NCBI GenBank assembly: GCA_048938445.1
Contig: JBHLME010000114.1
Span: 1 to 14,555 of the forward strand
Direction: 5' to 3'
Source: Promethearchaeota archaeon
GTDB taxonomy: Archaea; Asgardarchaeota; Lokiarchaeia; Sigyniarchaeales; SOKP01
DNA: 14,555 nucleotides
The position numbers were made by a program, and so were the translations under genes. Shown piece after piece: positions 1 through 8,508 of the stretch (position 1 is the first letter of the stretch; each line of letters begins with the position of its first letter). The notes under the pieces are model-generated. The model saw only the letters and a program-made list of their open reading frames with translations. It ran no database searches and had not been told where the DNA came from.

Positions 1-1211
1 ACTGCATTTGCCTCATCACAACGCAGGCTAGAAGTCCTTAAACTAAAGTCTGGATAACCGGCTCTCACTCCACCCCCTGCACCACAACACATAGAGTCCA
101 TCTTAATTCGATACATTTCCTTAAAAATGATTCCCACGTCATTTTCTAATTGCTTTAAAATGATTCTGGGTATTTCAAACCAATTCTGGATCACTTCTCG
201 GATTTTCCTTCTTTCAAGCATTAGATTATTTGACTTTTTAATCATTTCTTGTTCAATTTCTAATCCAAAATGTCTTCCCGTATGACATGGATCATGATAT
301 GTAATTATTTTACCTTTCAATTCAGATTTCTTTTTAAATCTGATTCTACCATCCGTGATTAGCCGAGATATCAATTCAAATGCATGTGCTGTTTTAAAGG
401 GAATCTCATCATCTTCATTCCATTTTGGATAATCAATAGAGAATGTCCTGTAGCAACCTGCGCAAGAGAAATAGACTAATTCTAAATCCTTAAAATTTTC
501 TAAATTCTTTTTCATTAGATCTTGAGCAGTATCAATGGCTCCAATTCTGAAGAAAGGACTTCCACAGCAGACTTCTTTATCTATCAATGTAAAATTTATT
601 CCTAACTTTTCAAGGAGTTTACATGTTGCAATAGCAGTGTCCATCTGTCTATAACTTGCTGTACAACCTACAAAATAAGCTACCTTAGCTTTTGTATTGT
701 TAATATGTTTTTCTAAACCAGCTTCTTTTGCCCATTTAAACCTTTCCTTGGCATTCCCACCATAAGGATTATCGTGTTCTTGAACTAATTTTTTAATGAC
801 CTGATGTCTTTCAATTAATGGTACCCCAGATTCCACACAAGCCGCTCTTAAAGACTCTATAATATCCACTGTAGGGATTTTGTTTTCACATTGACTTGAA
901 CACTGACCACAAGTAATACATGGGTAAATTATATTTCTTACCCTCTCAGAAAATTTCAAATCTCCATTTAGAATAGAGCGCGCTATCCACATCTTACCCG
1001 CATTCCAATATGCTTCCCATCCATATTCAATACCTGCTGGACAGGAGTCAACCATTCCTTCATAAAGTATTGATTTTTGCTTTCCATCCCATTCACCTAT
1101 GCCTTCTTTACTTGGCTCTCCAGAATATGCAAACCTACAGGCTTTACAGTGGATGCATTTATAGATCTCATATTTTAATTCTTCTAATTTTTCAGCTCCT
1201 GTTTTTGTCAT
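1..1211 (-). CDS. HdrD/GlcF-like Fe-S oxidoreductase (2x[4Fe-4S] plus two CCG domains), 3' end outside the window
   Basis: Hand translation, not in the ORF track: MTKTGAEKLEELKYEIYKCIHCKAC...DSCP...CITCGQCSSQC...YFVGCTASY...EVCCGSP...SCAGCYRTF...TYHDPCHTGRH...SMCCGAGGGVRA. The frame stays open to position 1. RBS AGGAGG at 1225-1220 lies 8 nt before the ATG at 1211. Confidence 0.93.
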   Translation of the reverse strand, partial: MTKTGAEKLEELKYEIYKCIHCKACRFAYSGEPSKEGIGEWDGKQKSILYEGMVDSCPAGIEYGWEAYWNAGKMWIARSILNGDLKFSERVRNIIYPCITCGQCSSQCENKIPTVDIIESLRAACVESGVPLIERHQVIKKLVQEHDNPYGGNAKERFKWAKEAGLEKHINNTKAKVAYFVGCTASYRQMDTAIATCKLLEKLGINFTLIDKEVCCGSPFFRIGAIDTAQDLMKKNLENFKDLELVYFSCAGCYRTFSIDYPKWNEDDEIPFKTAHAFELISRLITDGRIRFKKKSELKGKIITYHDPCHTGRHFGLEIEQEMIKKSNNLMLERRKIREVIQNWFEIPRIILKQLENDVGIIFKEMYRIKMDSMCCGAGGGVRAGYPDFSLRTSSLRCDEANA

Positions 1212-1228
1212 TTCATAAACCTCCTATT

Positions 1229-2719
1229 TCAAGGAAGACAAAGTCTTCCTGGATGCATTATCATATTTGGATCGAACATTTTTTTTATTTTTCTTAAATA
1301 TTTCCAATACATACTCGCTTGGCTATACATGTGTGGAGAATGGATGTATGGATCGGGTCTATAATTCAACCACCCTTGTTTCAAAGAATACTCCGTTGTT
1401 TCTCTATTAACATCTTGTACTCGTTCAAAATCCTCTTCTTTTGTTGAATCAAAGCATATTATTGGCATACAAACAGCCTGCCTACAGCGTTCGATACTTG
1501 CAATCCACATCACGGGTAAAAAATCATATTTTTCCAAGACTGAGTTATACATTTCTGCAAAATGAGCACATTCATTCCATGGAGTATACCAAGTTATGAA
1601 TAAAAATCCTGCTTCCCAAAAGCTATAGGGAACCGCAATTTTATTAGGTTTTTTTAACCTGCTAGCGATTTGTTTCGGATGAAGTTCAATGGGTTTCATC
1701 GTTTCTGGATCCCTACAGCGATTTGAATTTTTATATTTTTCACAGAAAAAATTGACTTTTTCTATGCAATAATCTAATTCTTTTTGAGATCGAGCCCATA
1801 TTTCCCAATTCATATCCCATTTAGGATAACCCATTTCTTCATAAAATTCATAATCTTGTGGGATTTTATCTTTTGGGAATCTACACATTGCTCTAGTATA
1901 ATTACCTCCTTGAACCATTACCGTATTATGGGCAATTCCGAATTCTTGTTTAGCAATATCAAAAGAGACATCTTGCATATCATGTGGATTTCCCATGCCC
2001 CAATTAACAATTGATTTATATTCGGGATGTGGATAAATCTTTACAGCGGCTTTAGTTACCACTCCCATAGTACCTTGACTCCCCATTATTGTGGACCAGA
2101 GATCAGGTCCTAATCCATATTTGTAAAAAGGTTTGGCAAATGGTAAGGCCCAGGATCCCGTTCGCAAGATATCTCCGTTTGGAAATACTATTTCAGCACA
2201 CATAAAATTATCTCCTTGTGGTCCAACACTTGAGGTATAAAGTGAAAAACCTCTTTCGATAGCATCACCCATAACCGTAGCTGCAGGTGGTGCACCATCT
2301 GGAATTGGTGGGGCCCAATCAGGATAATTTTTATGCATAAAAGCCCAAATCTGACCACATGTAACTCCGGGTTCAATAATTATAATTCTATTCTCTTCAT
2401 CAATTTCTATGATCCTATCCATCCTGCTTAAATCAAGCAATACCCCCGCAGGTTTAATTGTTGGACATGCAAAACCACCTGATAGTCCTGCCGAAATTGG
2501 TGAAACTGCTATTTTTTCATCAGAACAATATATTAATATTTTCCTAATTTCTTCTATATATTTCGGTCTAGCTACAATATCAGGTATTTGGCTTTCCAAT
2601 CCCATAACAGATTTGGCTAGATATGATGCATTAATAGCTTCATCGTTAGTTGCATATTTTTTTCCAACTATACCTATTATTGCATCAAGATCCTTATTAT
2701 TTGGTATTTTATATGATAT
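1229..2719 (-). CDS. FAD-binding oxidoreductase, VAO/PCMH (FAD_binding_4, GlcD-like) superfamily; first ATG at 2605, probable true start about 2719 (ATA)
   Basis: Motifs PDIVARP, LLDLSRMDRIIEID...IEPGVT, EIVFPNGDILRTG, GSQGTMGVVTKA and C-terminal IKKMFDPNMIMHPG. The frame is open 38 codons upstream of the ATG and encodes family-like sequence (DLDAIIGIVGKKYATNDEAINASY). Confidence 0.9.
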   Translation of the reverse strand: MSYKIPNNKDLDAIIGIVGKKYATNDEAINASYLAKSVMGLESQIPDIVARPKYIEEIRKILIYCSDEKIAVSPISAGLSGGFACPTIKPAGVLLDLSRMDRIIEIDEENRIIIIEPGVTCGQIWAFMHKNYPDWAPPIPDGAPPAATVMGDAIERGFSLYTSSVGPQGDNFMCAEIVFPNGDILRTGSWALPFAKPFYKYGLGPDLWSTIMGSQGTMGVVTKAAVKIYPHPEYKSIVNWGMGNPHDMQDVSFDIAKQEFGIAHNTVMVQGGNYTRAMCRFPKDKIPQDYEFYEEMGYPKWDMNWEIWARSQKELDYCIEKVNFFCEKYKNSNRCRDPETMKPIELHPKQIASRLKKPNKIAVPYSFWEAGFLFITWYTPWNECAHFAEMYNSVLEKYDFLPVMWIASIERCRQAVCMPIICFDSTKEEDFERVQDVNRETTEYSLKQGWLNYRPDPYIHSPHMYSQASMYWKYLRKIKKMFDPNMIMHPGRLCLP

Positions 2720-2920
2720 TTTTTATCAACTCTTTTGTGTTTACTTTTATGTAAATAATATAGAATACACACTTTTTCTAGAATTATGTTAATTATTTAA
2801 ATGTTACTATGTGCATATATTGAATGTTTATATTAAAAAACATAAAATTTAATATAGTAAAAAAATATATTATAAATTAAATGAAGGAAAAAATGGGATA
2901 TTAAAAAAAATTAAAGTAAA

Positions 2921-3610
2921 ATGAGTATGAATACTGAAAAGAAAGATAAAATAAGAGCCCGACTTCATACAACCATATCAAGTGAAACTGAAGAAATCCT
3001 AAATAAGTATGCAACGCTAAAGGATAAAAATGGAAAGAAGATATATGGTAATAAATCGAGAGTGATAGAAAAAGCATTGGATCTTCTTGATAAATTTCAC
3101 TTTCCTGAAAAAGAGCATGAACAAGTAATTTGGAACAGGGCTAAGAATGAATTAAAGATGTTGATGGTGGGGAAACCAACATTTCTTGCTTATATCTCTG
3201 GTAATTATAAACAAGTATATGAAGATAATATTGCAATTGACATTATAGAATGGTATACGCAAAAGAATATAGAAGATTTATCAATTGAAGCGACATTAAA
3301 TGCAATTAAAGATATTTGGATTGCCGGAAACTATTTTTATGATGCAAAGATTGAAAAGGGAAATAAAGGAAGTTATATAATGCTACTTTATCATGATTTT
3401 CAAAATAAGACATATAGTGAATTTTGGGGAAATTATTTTAGCTTGTTTTTATCACGTCAAAAAAACTGCAATGTTGATTATTTCATCAGGACATCTTTTT
3501 TGCGTTTAGTTATCACACCATCCGATAAAGTCAATTTGTCCCAGAATCTATATCAATATAGCGTTGGAAAGGATAAGTATAAAATCAGTGAATCTATTGA
3601 GGTATGGTGA
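2921..3610 (+). CDS. Hypothetical protein, probable N-terminal ribbon-helix-helix DNA-binding domain plus C-terminal alpha/beta domain (putative regulator)
   Basis: 229-aa ORF. RARLHTTIS-helix-...GNKSRVIEKALDLL fits the RHH strand-helix-(S/K..I..AL) helix pattern. It is divergent from the oxidoreductase pair. Confidence 0.6.
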   Translation: MSMNTEKKDKIRARLHTTISSETEEILNKYATLKDKNGKKIYGNKSRVIEKALDLLDKFHFPEKEHEQVIWNRAKNELKMLMVGKPTFLAYISGNYKQVYEDNIAIDIIEWYTQKNIEDLSIEATLNAIKDIWIAGNYFYDAKIEKGNKGSYIMLLYHDFQNKTYSEFWGNYFSLFLSRQKNCNVDYFIRTSFLRLVITPSDKVNLSQNLYQYSVGKDKYKISESIEVW

Positions 3611-3931
3611 TTGAAATAATTTCAAATTTTTAATTTAAGTATTAATTATCATATATTAAAAAAAAAACTCTACCTTATTTTTTATATTTTAACTGGTTGT
3701 AGTAATAAAATAACAATTTCTAGAAATCGAAATTCAACACCACATAATTTAGTGTTTCATAAATAAATGCGTCATAGTATGATCGGTTTCGTCGATATTG
3801 TCTTGTTTTGATCGTTGGATTCATTATTTTGTATCATATACTTACTTTTGTTTTTTTGAAATTACTATTTTTTTACACTTAATTATTAATAATGATAGTT
3901 TGATTTTCGAATTTATATTTATAAATATAGC

Positions 3932-3951
3932 AAAATCGACACATTTATATA
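3932..3951 (+). promoter_or_regulatory. Putative archaeal BRE+TATA promoter of the 98-aa gene
   Basis: AAAATCGACACA followed by TTTATATA (3944-3951), ending 36 nt before the ATG at 3988. RBS GGTGAT at 3977-3982. Confidence 0.5.
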
Positions 3952-3987
3952 GATAATTTAACATTATATTATTGAAGGTGATAAGAA

Positions 3988-4284
3988 ATGATCGATTCAT
4001 ATACAATAAAAGCAACAGAAAAGGCCGAAAAGAATTTTGCAAATATCCAAGAATCAATAAAAGGATTATATGAGATTCTTAGCATAAATCTCGAAGATAT
4101 AGATGATAATTTTTATTTTCAAGCAGGTGAAGATAACTTAATGGGTTTATACCGGAATCTCGTTGAATTACTCTCCAATGAATATGGATTGAGACAATTT
4201 ATAAAAAAATTAAAAAAATCTGAAATTGATCTTAATATTACTTTAAATGAAAGATTAGTTGACGAAGAATTAATCGAAGAGTAA
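3988..4284 (+). CDS. Hypothetical acidic, probably all-helical protein (98 aa)
   Basis: ORF with GGTGAT RBS 5 nt upstream, protein-like amphipathic composition, and a T-tract downstream. Confidence 0.8.
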   Translation: MIDSYTIKATEKAEKNFANIQESIKGLYEILSINLEDIDDNFYFQAGEDNLMGLYRNLVELLSNEYGLRQFIKKLKKSEIDLNITLNERLVDEELIEE

Positions 4285-4757
4285 AATATTCTCCTTTTTT
4301 ATCAATATTTGATATTAATTTTCATCATTTTGTCCTAAAATTTACACATTTTATATCTAGGTCATTTAATTTAAAATTAAGTTATTAAATTATCGTTTAA
4401 GTTAAGAATATCAATAGATATATTAATTTGGTTATTTTATTTAATATTTTTTTGATCATCCAATCATATATTAATCTGTAATGTTTTTAAAAAGAAAATG
4501 GTTTATTTTATTATATTTATCTTTATGGAAAGTAATTAAATTCTATTTTTTTATCGTTCCTTCTTTTTAATATTACTAATTTTTCATTTTATGATGGAAT
4601 ATTTTATAGATATCTATTAAAAGAGCCAAGAAGACTTTATATCTTTCTTTTTTTTTTTAATGTTTTATTAAATAAGGAATGGACTCCTATAGTTTTATAT
4701 ACAAAATTGTCCTTTTTTCAGATAATAACAATTATCATAAAGATATAAACCAACAAA

Positions 4758-5528
4758 ATGGCAAAAACTTCTCTTATTCCATCCAAAATTAAAATAAATA
4801 TTCTATTAATGACAGGAATTATTATATCAACATTTTTTTTTATATTTGGAGGTTTATTCTTTATGGATACTTATGAACAAACTGGATCTGGAATGGATGG
4901 TGATAGTGTTCTTGATTATGGAGAACATGTTTATGCTTCTTCATTTAATCAAATCAATTCATCAGATTACTTTTTTTGGTCTTTTCACAGCGATTTTGCT
5001 GATATTAGTGTTTTTGCGATGGATGAGGAAAATTATGATAAATATAATTCTAACGAACCAGGTTGGATTTCTATAGTTCTTTCTCAAAATAAAACCAGTG
5101 ATCAAGGAATTTTTTATCCAGATTATCAAGATAAATGGTATATTATTTTTTTAAACGAAGATCCCTTAAGAATTAGTTCTCATGCCGAGTATTTTGCACA
5201 TGTTAATTATTTACCTATTAATGTTGTAGATCGAGCTTTTTCATTAACGATTATAGCAATAGGGGCATCAATTTTTTTTCTTGTCTTACTAATTAAGATA
5301 AGGAATCAAGGTAAAGAAAACAATAAAAAAACTAATATATTACATGATAATATAATCCAAAATCATAATAACCCGCGTATTGTAAATCTTCAACCATTAG
5401 AAAAGACTTCTTTACTAACACCTACTAGGACTAATATGATTACTTGTAATTTTTGCAATGAAAAAATTGCTCAAAATCATAATTATTGTTCCAATTGTGG
5501 AGCAAGAGTTGGAATAAAACATGAATAA
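4758..5528 (+). CDS. Membrane protein: two hydrophobic helices flanking an aromatic/acidic beta-rich domain, with a C-terminal zinc ribbon
   Basis: Hydrophobic segments INILLMTGIIISTFFFIFGGLFF and FSLTIIAIGASIFFLVLLI; C-terminal CNFC-x10-CSNCG. Confidence 0.85.
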   Translation: MAKTSLIPSKIKINILLMTGIIISTFFFIFGGLFFMDTYEQTGSGMDGDSVLDYGEHVYASSFNQINSSDYFFWSFHSDFADISVFAMDEENYDKYNSNEPGWISIVLSQNKTSDQGIFYPDYQDKWYIIFLNEDPLRISSHAEYFAHVNYLPINVVDRAFSLTIIAIGASIFFLVLLIKIRNQGKENNKKTNILHDNIIQNHNNPRIVNLQPLEKTSLLTPTRTNMITCNFCNEKIAQNHNYCSNCGARVGIKHE

Positions 5529-5572
5529 TTTTCATATATTTGACCTATTTTTATACCCTATTAATTTAATGA

Positions 5573-6544
5573 TTATCCTGGTTTTTTTAAATTCTCTAAT
5601 TTAATTGGTTCTGAGTTTTTATCCTCTATCTTTTTCATTTTTCTTGTAAAAGATTCTAATTCCTTTTTTTTCAAGACTTCAGCATCAAGAGTAATTGAGT
5701 TTAATTCTTCTTCAGTCATGGGTTTTAAAATATCCCTAAAATTTAATACTTCCTTGTCTTTCATTACATTACCAAATACTTCTTTTAATTCACCTAAGAA
5801 TGCCAATCTTCTTGGTGGACCATATCCTAATGATTTTGGAGGGATTCTTCTAATTCGTGTAATGTTTTGATTATCTATTCCTTGAATGATTTGTGGTCCA
5901 GAACTTATTCCATTAAATCTCATCTGTTTTAACGATTCAGAAATATCTTTTAAGTAAAGCTCGACATTTTTTAATCGATCATTGCTTTCACGGGCAAGTT
6001 CAATGTAAGTTTTGGATCCTGATATATTTTCTACATGTTTTTTTTCATAGATAATGGTACTTCTTTCTCGATTATTTTCTATGTCCTTTGATACCTCTTT
6101 AATCAACCTTTCTTGCGTGACTGAAGTTTTAGCAGTATTCTCTTCGGGGAAATCTTTTTTTTTATATAAGGAAGAGATTTCCTCCTCATTAATGCATATT
6201 TCTGAGATTTCATATTCTTCGTTTATGGAGATTTCAATTTTTCTTCCTGATTGGAAGAATATAGTTAATGTCAAGAAATTTATTTGGAGGTCATCTTGAA
6301 ACATTAAAAGGTCTAAGTCAATTGAAAAAAGAACTAAATCATCAGATATAAAAAAATCTTTAATGGAAACAATGATAGGCATTTCTTTGCAATAAAGATC
6401 CTTTTGTCCAATTTTTAAAAGTTCATATTTTATGTTAAATCGCTTTATTTCTTCGGGGACTATCAAGCGTTTATCTTCTTTGTTTTTCTTAAATTCCAAA
6501 AATAAATTCTTATGATCGTCCCAAAATACCTGGAATAATTCCAT
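5573..6544 (-). CDS. Hypothetical protein (323 aa) with predicted coiled coil and charged helical C-terminus
   Basis: Long ORF in AT-rich DNA with E/K-rich composition; no family recognised. Confidence 0.8.
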   Translation of the reverse strand: MELFQVFWDDHKNLFLEFKKNKEDKRLIVPEEIKRFNIKYELLKIGQKDLYCKEMPIIVSIKDFFISDDLVLFSIDLDLLMFQDDLQINFLTLTIFFQSGRKIEISINEEYEISEICINEEEISSLYKKKDFPEENTAKTSVTQERLIKEVSKDIENNRERSTIIYEKKHVENISGSKTYIELARESNDRLKNVELYLKDISESLKQMRFNGISSGPQIIQGIDNQNITRIRRIPPKSLGYGPPRRLAFLGELKEVFGNVMKDKEVLNFRDILKPMTEEELNSITLDAEVLKKKELESFTRKMKKIEDKNSEPIKLENLKKPG

Positions 6545-6706
6545 GCCTATTTCACTATTATTTTTTCTAACTTGGCTTATTTAAACACCAAAGAAATATA
6601 ACTATGAGCACTGAATAAAATTAGTAGTTTTATAATAAGTATAGGGATCGTTTGACTTGTTTCTCTCAAATTAAATATTTGAATTTAAGCTAAGTTCAAG
6701 AAGGAT

Positions 6707-7189
6707 TTAAGATTTTTGTCTTTTTTTTTTTAATTCTTCTACTCTCTTTTCTCTTCTTATTTTTCCTTCTGCAAAACGTCGTTTTTCTTCTGCAGTTTCT
6801 GGTTTTAATCTTGGAACCTCAGTAGGCTTTCTATTTTCATCAAGCGCTACGAATGTGAGATAAGCTGATGCTACATGCCAAACTAATCCTTTAGTGAACT
6901 TTTCAGCTTCGACTCTTACCCCAACCTCCATAGAGGTCCTTGAAACATAATTTAAAGATGCTTTAGCTATAATCAAATCACCTATATAAACAGGAGCTAT
7001 GAAATCTATTCTATCAACCGAAGCTGTCACAGCAGTCATCCTAGCATGTCTTGCTGCTGCAATACCCGCTGCTGTATCTATGATCTTCATAATCGTTCCA
7101 CCATGAACTAATCCTATTGAATTAGCATGTTCGGGTAACATTAATTCCGCAATTTCTACCCTTGATTCTGAATTGGTTCTTGTTTCCAT
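6707..7189 (-). CDS. Acyl-CoA thioesterase (HotDog fold, YciA-like)
   Basis: Motifs LPEHANSIGLVHGGTIMKIID, VTASVDRIDF, SRTSMEVGVRV and YLTFVALDENRKPTEVP are typical of YciA-type thioesterases. Confidence 0.93.
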   Translation of the reverse strand: METRTNSESRVEIAELMLPEHANSIGLVHGGTIMKIIDTAAGIAAARHARMTAVTASVDRIDFIAPVYIGDLIIAKASLNYVSRTSMEVGVRVEAEKFTKGLVWHVASAYLTFVALDENRKPTEVPRLKPETAEEKRRFAEGKIRREKRVEELKKKRQKS

Positions 7190-7327
7190 ATTTAATCACG
7201 AATTTTGTTTTCATAAAGTTTTATTTAAATTAGAATATAACGTTTATAAAATCAAAGATTTTGAATTTTTTTACATTTATCTTATTTTTTAGGTAATATT
7301 TCTACTATTTTTTAAAAAGGAAAGAAA

Positions 7328-7969
7328 TTAAGTTATATAATGAATTCTAGCAGACAAATCCCAAACCATATCAAAAAAATCTTTTTCGTTCTTCCCTGCA
7401 ATGGTAACCAAAACTTCCTCTTCTTCTTTAAAATCTTCATCAGGGATATACACAATTTTTCCAATTGAAGAATAAAATCCGCCTCCTATATCCGTCCAAT
7501 CTTCAATAATTTTTTGCGCTACGAAAACTTTTATATGTACCTCCTCGTGATGTTCAAAACCTCCTGAAATAGCGTGAGAAAAGAGTGTAAAGATGAGGAA
7601 ATCTGAACAACACACTTCTTGCAAATATGGTTTTATAGAAAATGCATCCAATCCAGCATAAATGGGAGGATCTATTTCTTTTATTGAATCAAGACGAATT
7701 CCCCAGCTCTCCATACCATTGCTTTCTTTCATAAATACTAAAAAATTTTCCCACATATAGATATCCCCTATCGAATATAATTCATTATGTCCATAATTTA
7801 ACTCATGATTTCCTGCAATTATATAATACATTCTTAAGGCTTTAGGAAGTTGAATCTCTAAAACCTGTTCTTGTATTCCAATATTATATTCTTCCACGCC
7901 ATCATTATCTGATAGCTTAATTCCTAATTGTTTAAATGCTTCAAGATATTTATGCTCAAAAAATGACAT
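7328..7969 (-). CDS. SMI1/KNR4 (SUKH)-like protein
   Basis: GVEEYNIGIQEQVLEIQLPKALRMYY matches the SUKH N-terminal 'E..I...E..L...LP..L..YY' pattern; LVFMKES...WGI follows. Confidence 0.65.
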   Translation of the reverse strand: MSFFEHKYLEAFKQLGIKLSDNDGVEEYNIGIQEQVLEIQLPKALRMYYIIAGNHELNYGHNELYSIGDIYMWENFLVFMKESNGMESWGIRLDSIKEIDPPIYAGLDAFSIKPYLQEVCCSDFLIFTLFSHAISGGFEHHEEVHIKVFVAQKIIEDWTDIGGGFYSSIGKIVYIPDEDFKEEEEVLVTIAGKNEKDFFDMVWDLSARIHYIT

Positions 7970-8166
7970 TCAGTTTTTCACAAGAAAAATTAGTTAGAGT
8001 AATGGAACTATCTATTACTAATATCATCATTCAATTATATAAATCCACAATATAGATTATATCTTATAATTTGGATTAATAAGTTATTTAGAAAAATAGA
8101 TTTAATATAAATTATACAAATTAATTTAACTTTACATTTTTCCAAAGATTTCGCAGTATTTTGTTT

Positions 8167-8199
8167 CTTCCCTCATTAATTTATAAAATGAGAGGGAAG
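8167..8199 (-). terminator. Stem-loop just downstream of the Cys-rich gene pair (terminator or stabiliser candidate)
   Basis: CTTCCCTCATT (8167-8177) pairs with AATGAGAGGGAAG (8187-8199) with a 2-nt bulge; it starts 11 nt after the stop at 8211. Confidence 0.5.
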
Positions 8200-8210
8200 T
8201 GATAAATATA

Positions 8211-8486
8211 TTATTCTGAACCCAGTTGTTTTTTAAGATCTATGTAAATAGGAATTTCTTTATCATTTTGCTCTACCACAACTTTTAACATTCCATTTTC
8301 AATTGCCGTGCTTATCGGATGAATATCAGTTTTTTCATCTTTAATTTTCTCATCTCTCTTAGTTTTCATTTTCAAACAAGTACGATTCTCATCGTAGAGA
8401 ATACACTTTGAACAACAAAATCCGATTGGCATGTTACCAACTATAGAACATAATTCATAGTTGTCGCAATTACAATTATTACACAT
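8211..8486 (-). CDS. Small Cys-rich protein (91 aa) with N-terminal 8-Cys module; paralog of 8509..8724
   Basis: Pattern C-x2-C-x-C-x5-C-x10-CC-x2-C-x8-C. RBS GGTGAT at 8500-8495. 29 of the first 39 residues are identical to the neighbour. Confidence 0.88.
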   Translation of the reverse strand: MCNNCNCDNYELCSIVGNMPIGFCCSKCILYDENRTCLKMKTKRDEKIKDEKTDIHPISTAIENGMLKVVVEQNDKEIPIYIDLKKQLGSE

Positions 8487-8508
8487 TCTTTACTATCACC
8501 ATATATAC

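Noticed and set aside
1208-1216. Mini-ORF ATG AAA TGA overlapping the HdrD-like start (- strand)
   Set aside because: Too close to the RBS (3 nt) and easily arises by chance; no evidence of function.
1010-2792. Track ORFs 1010..1297(+), 1784..2014(+), 2188..2376(-) and 2409..2792(+)
   Set aside because: Antisense or out-of-frame shadows of the two well-supported oxidoreductase genes, with no motifs.
3842-6299. Track ORFs 3842..4057(-), 4846..5076(+) and 6054..6299(+)
   Set aside because: They overlap better-supported genes, have AT-driven composition and show no RBS.
6666-6682. TCAAAT-N5-ATTTGA dyad resembling ArsR/CadC operators
   Set aside because: Short and nearly all A/T, so expected by chance at this composition.
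6721-6731. A11 homopolymer near the thioesterase 3' end as a phase-variation site
   Set aside because: It encodes a terminal Lys run; slippage would alter only the last few residues, and such runs are common here.
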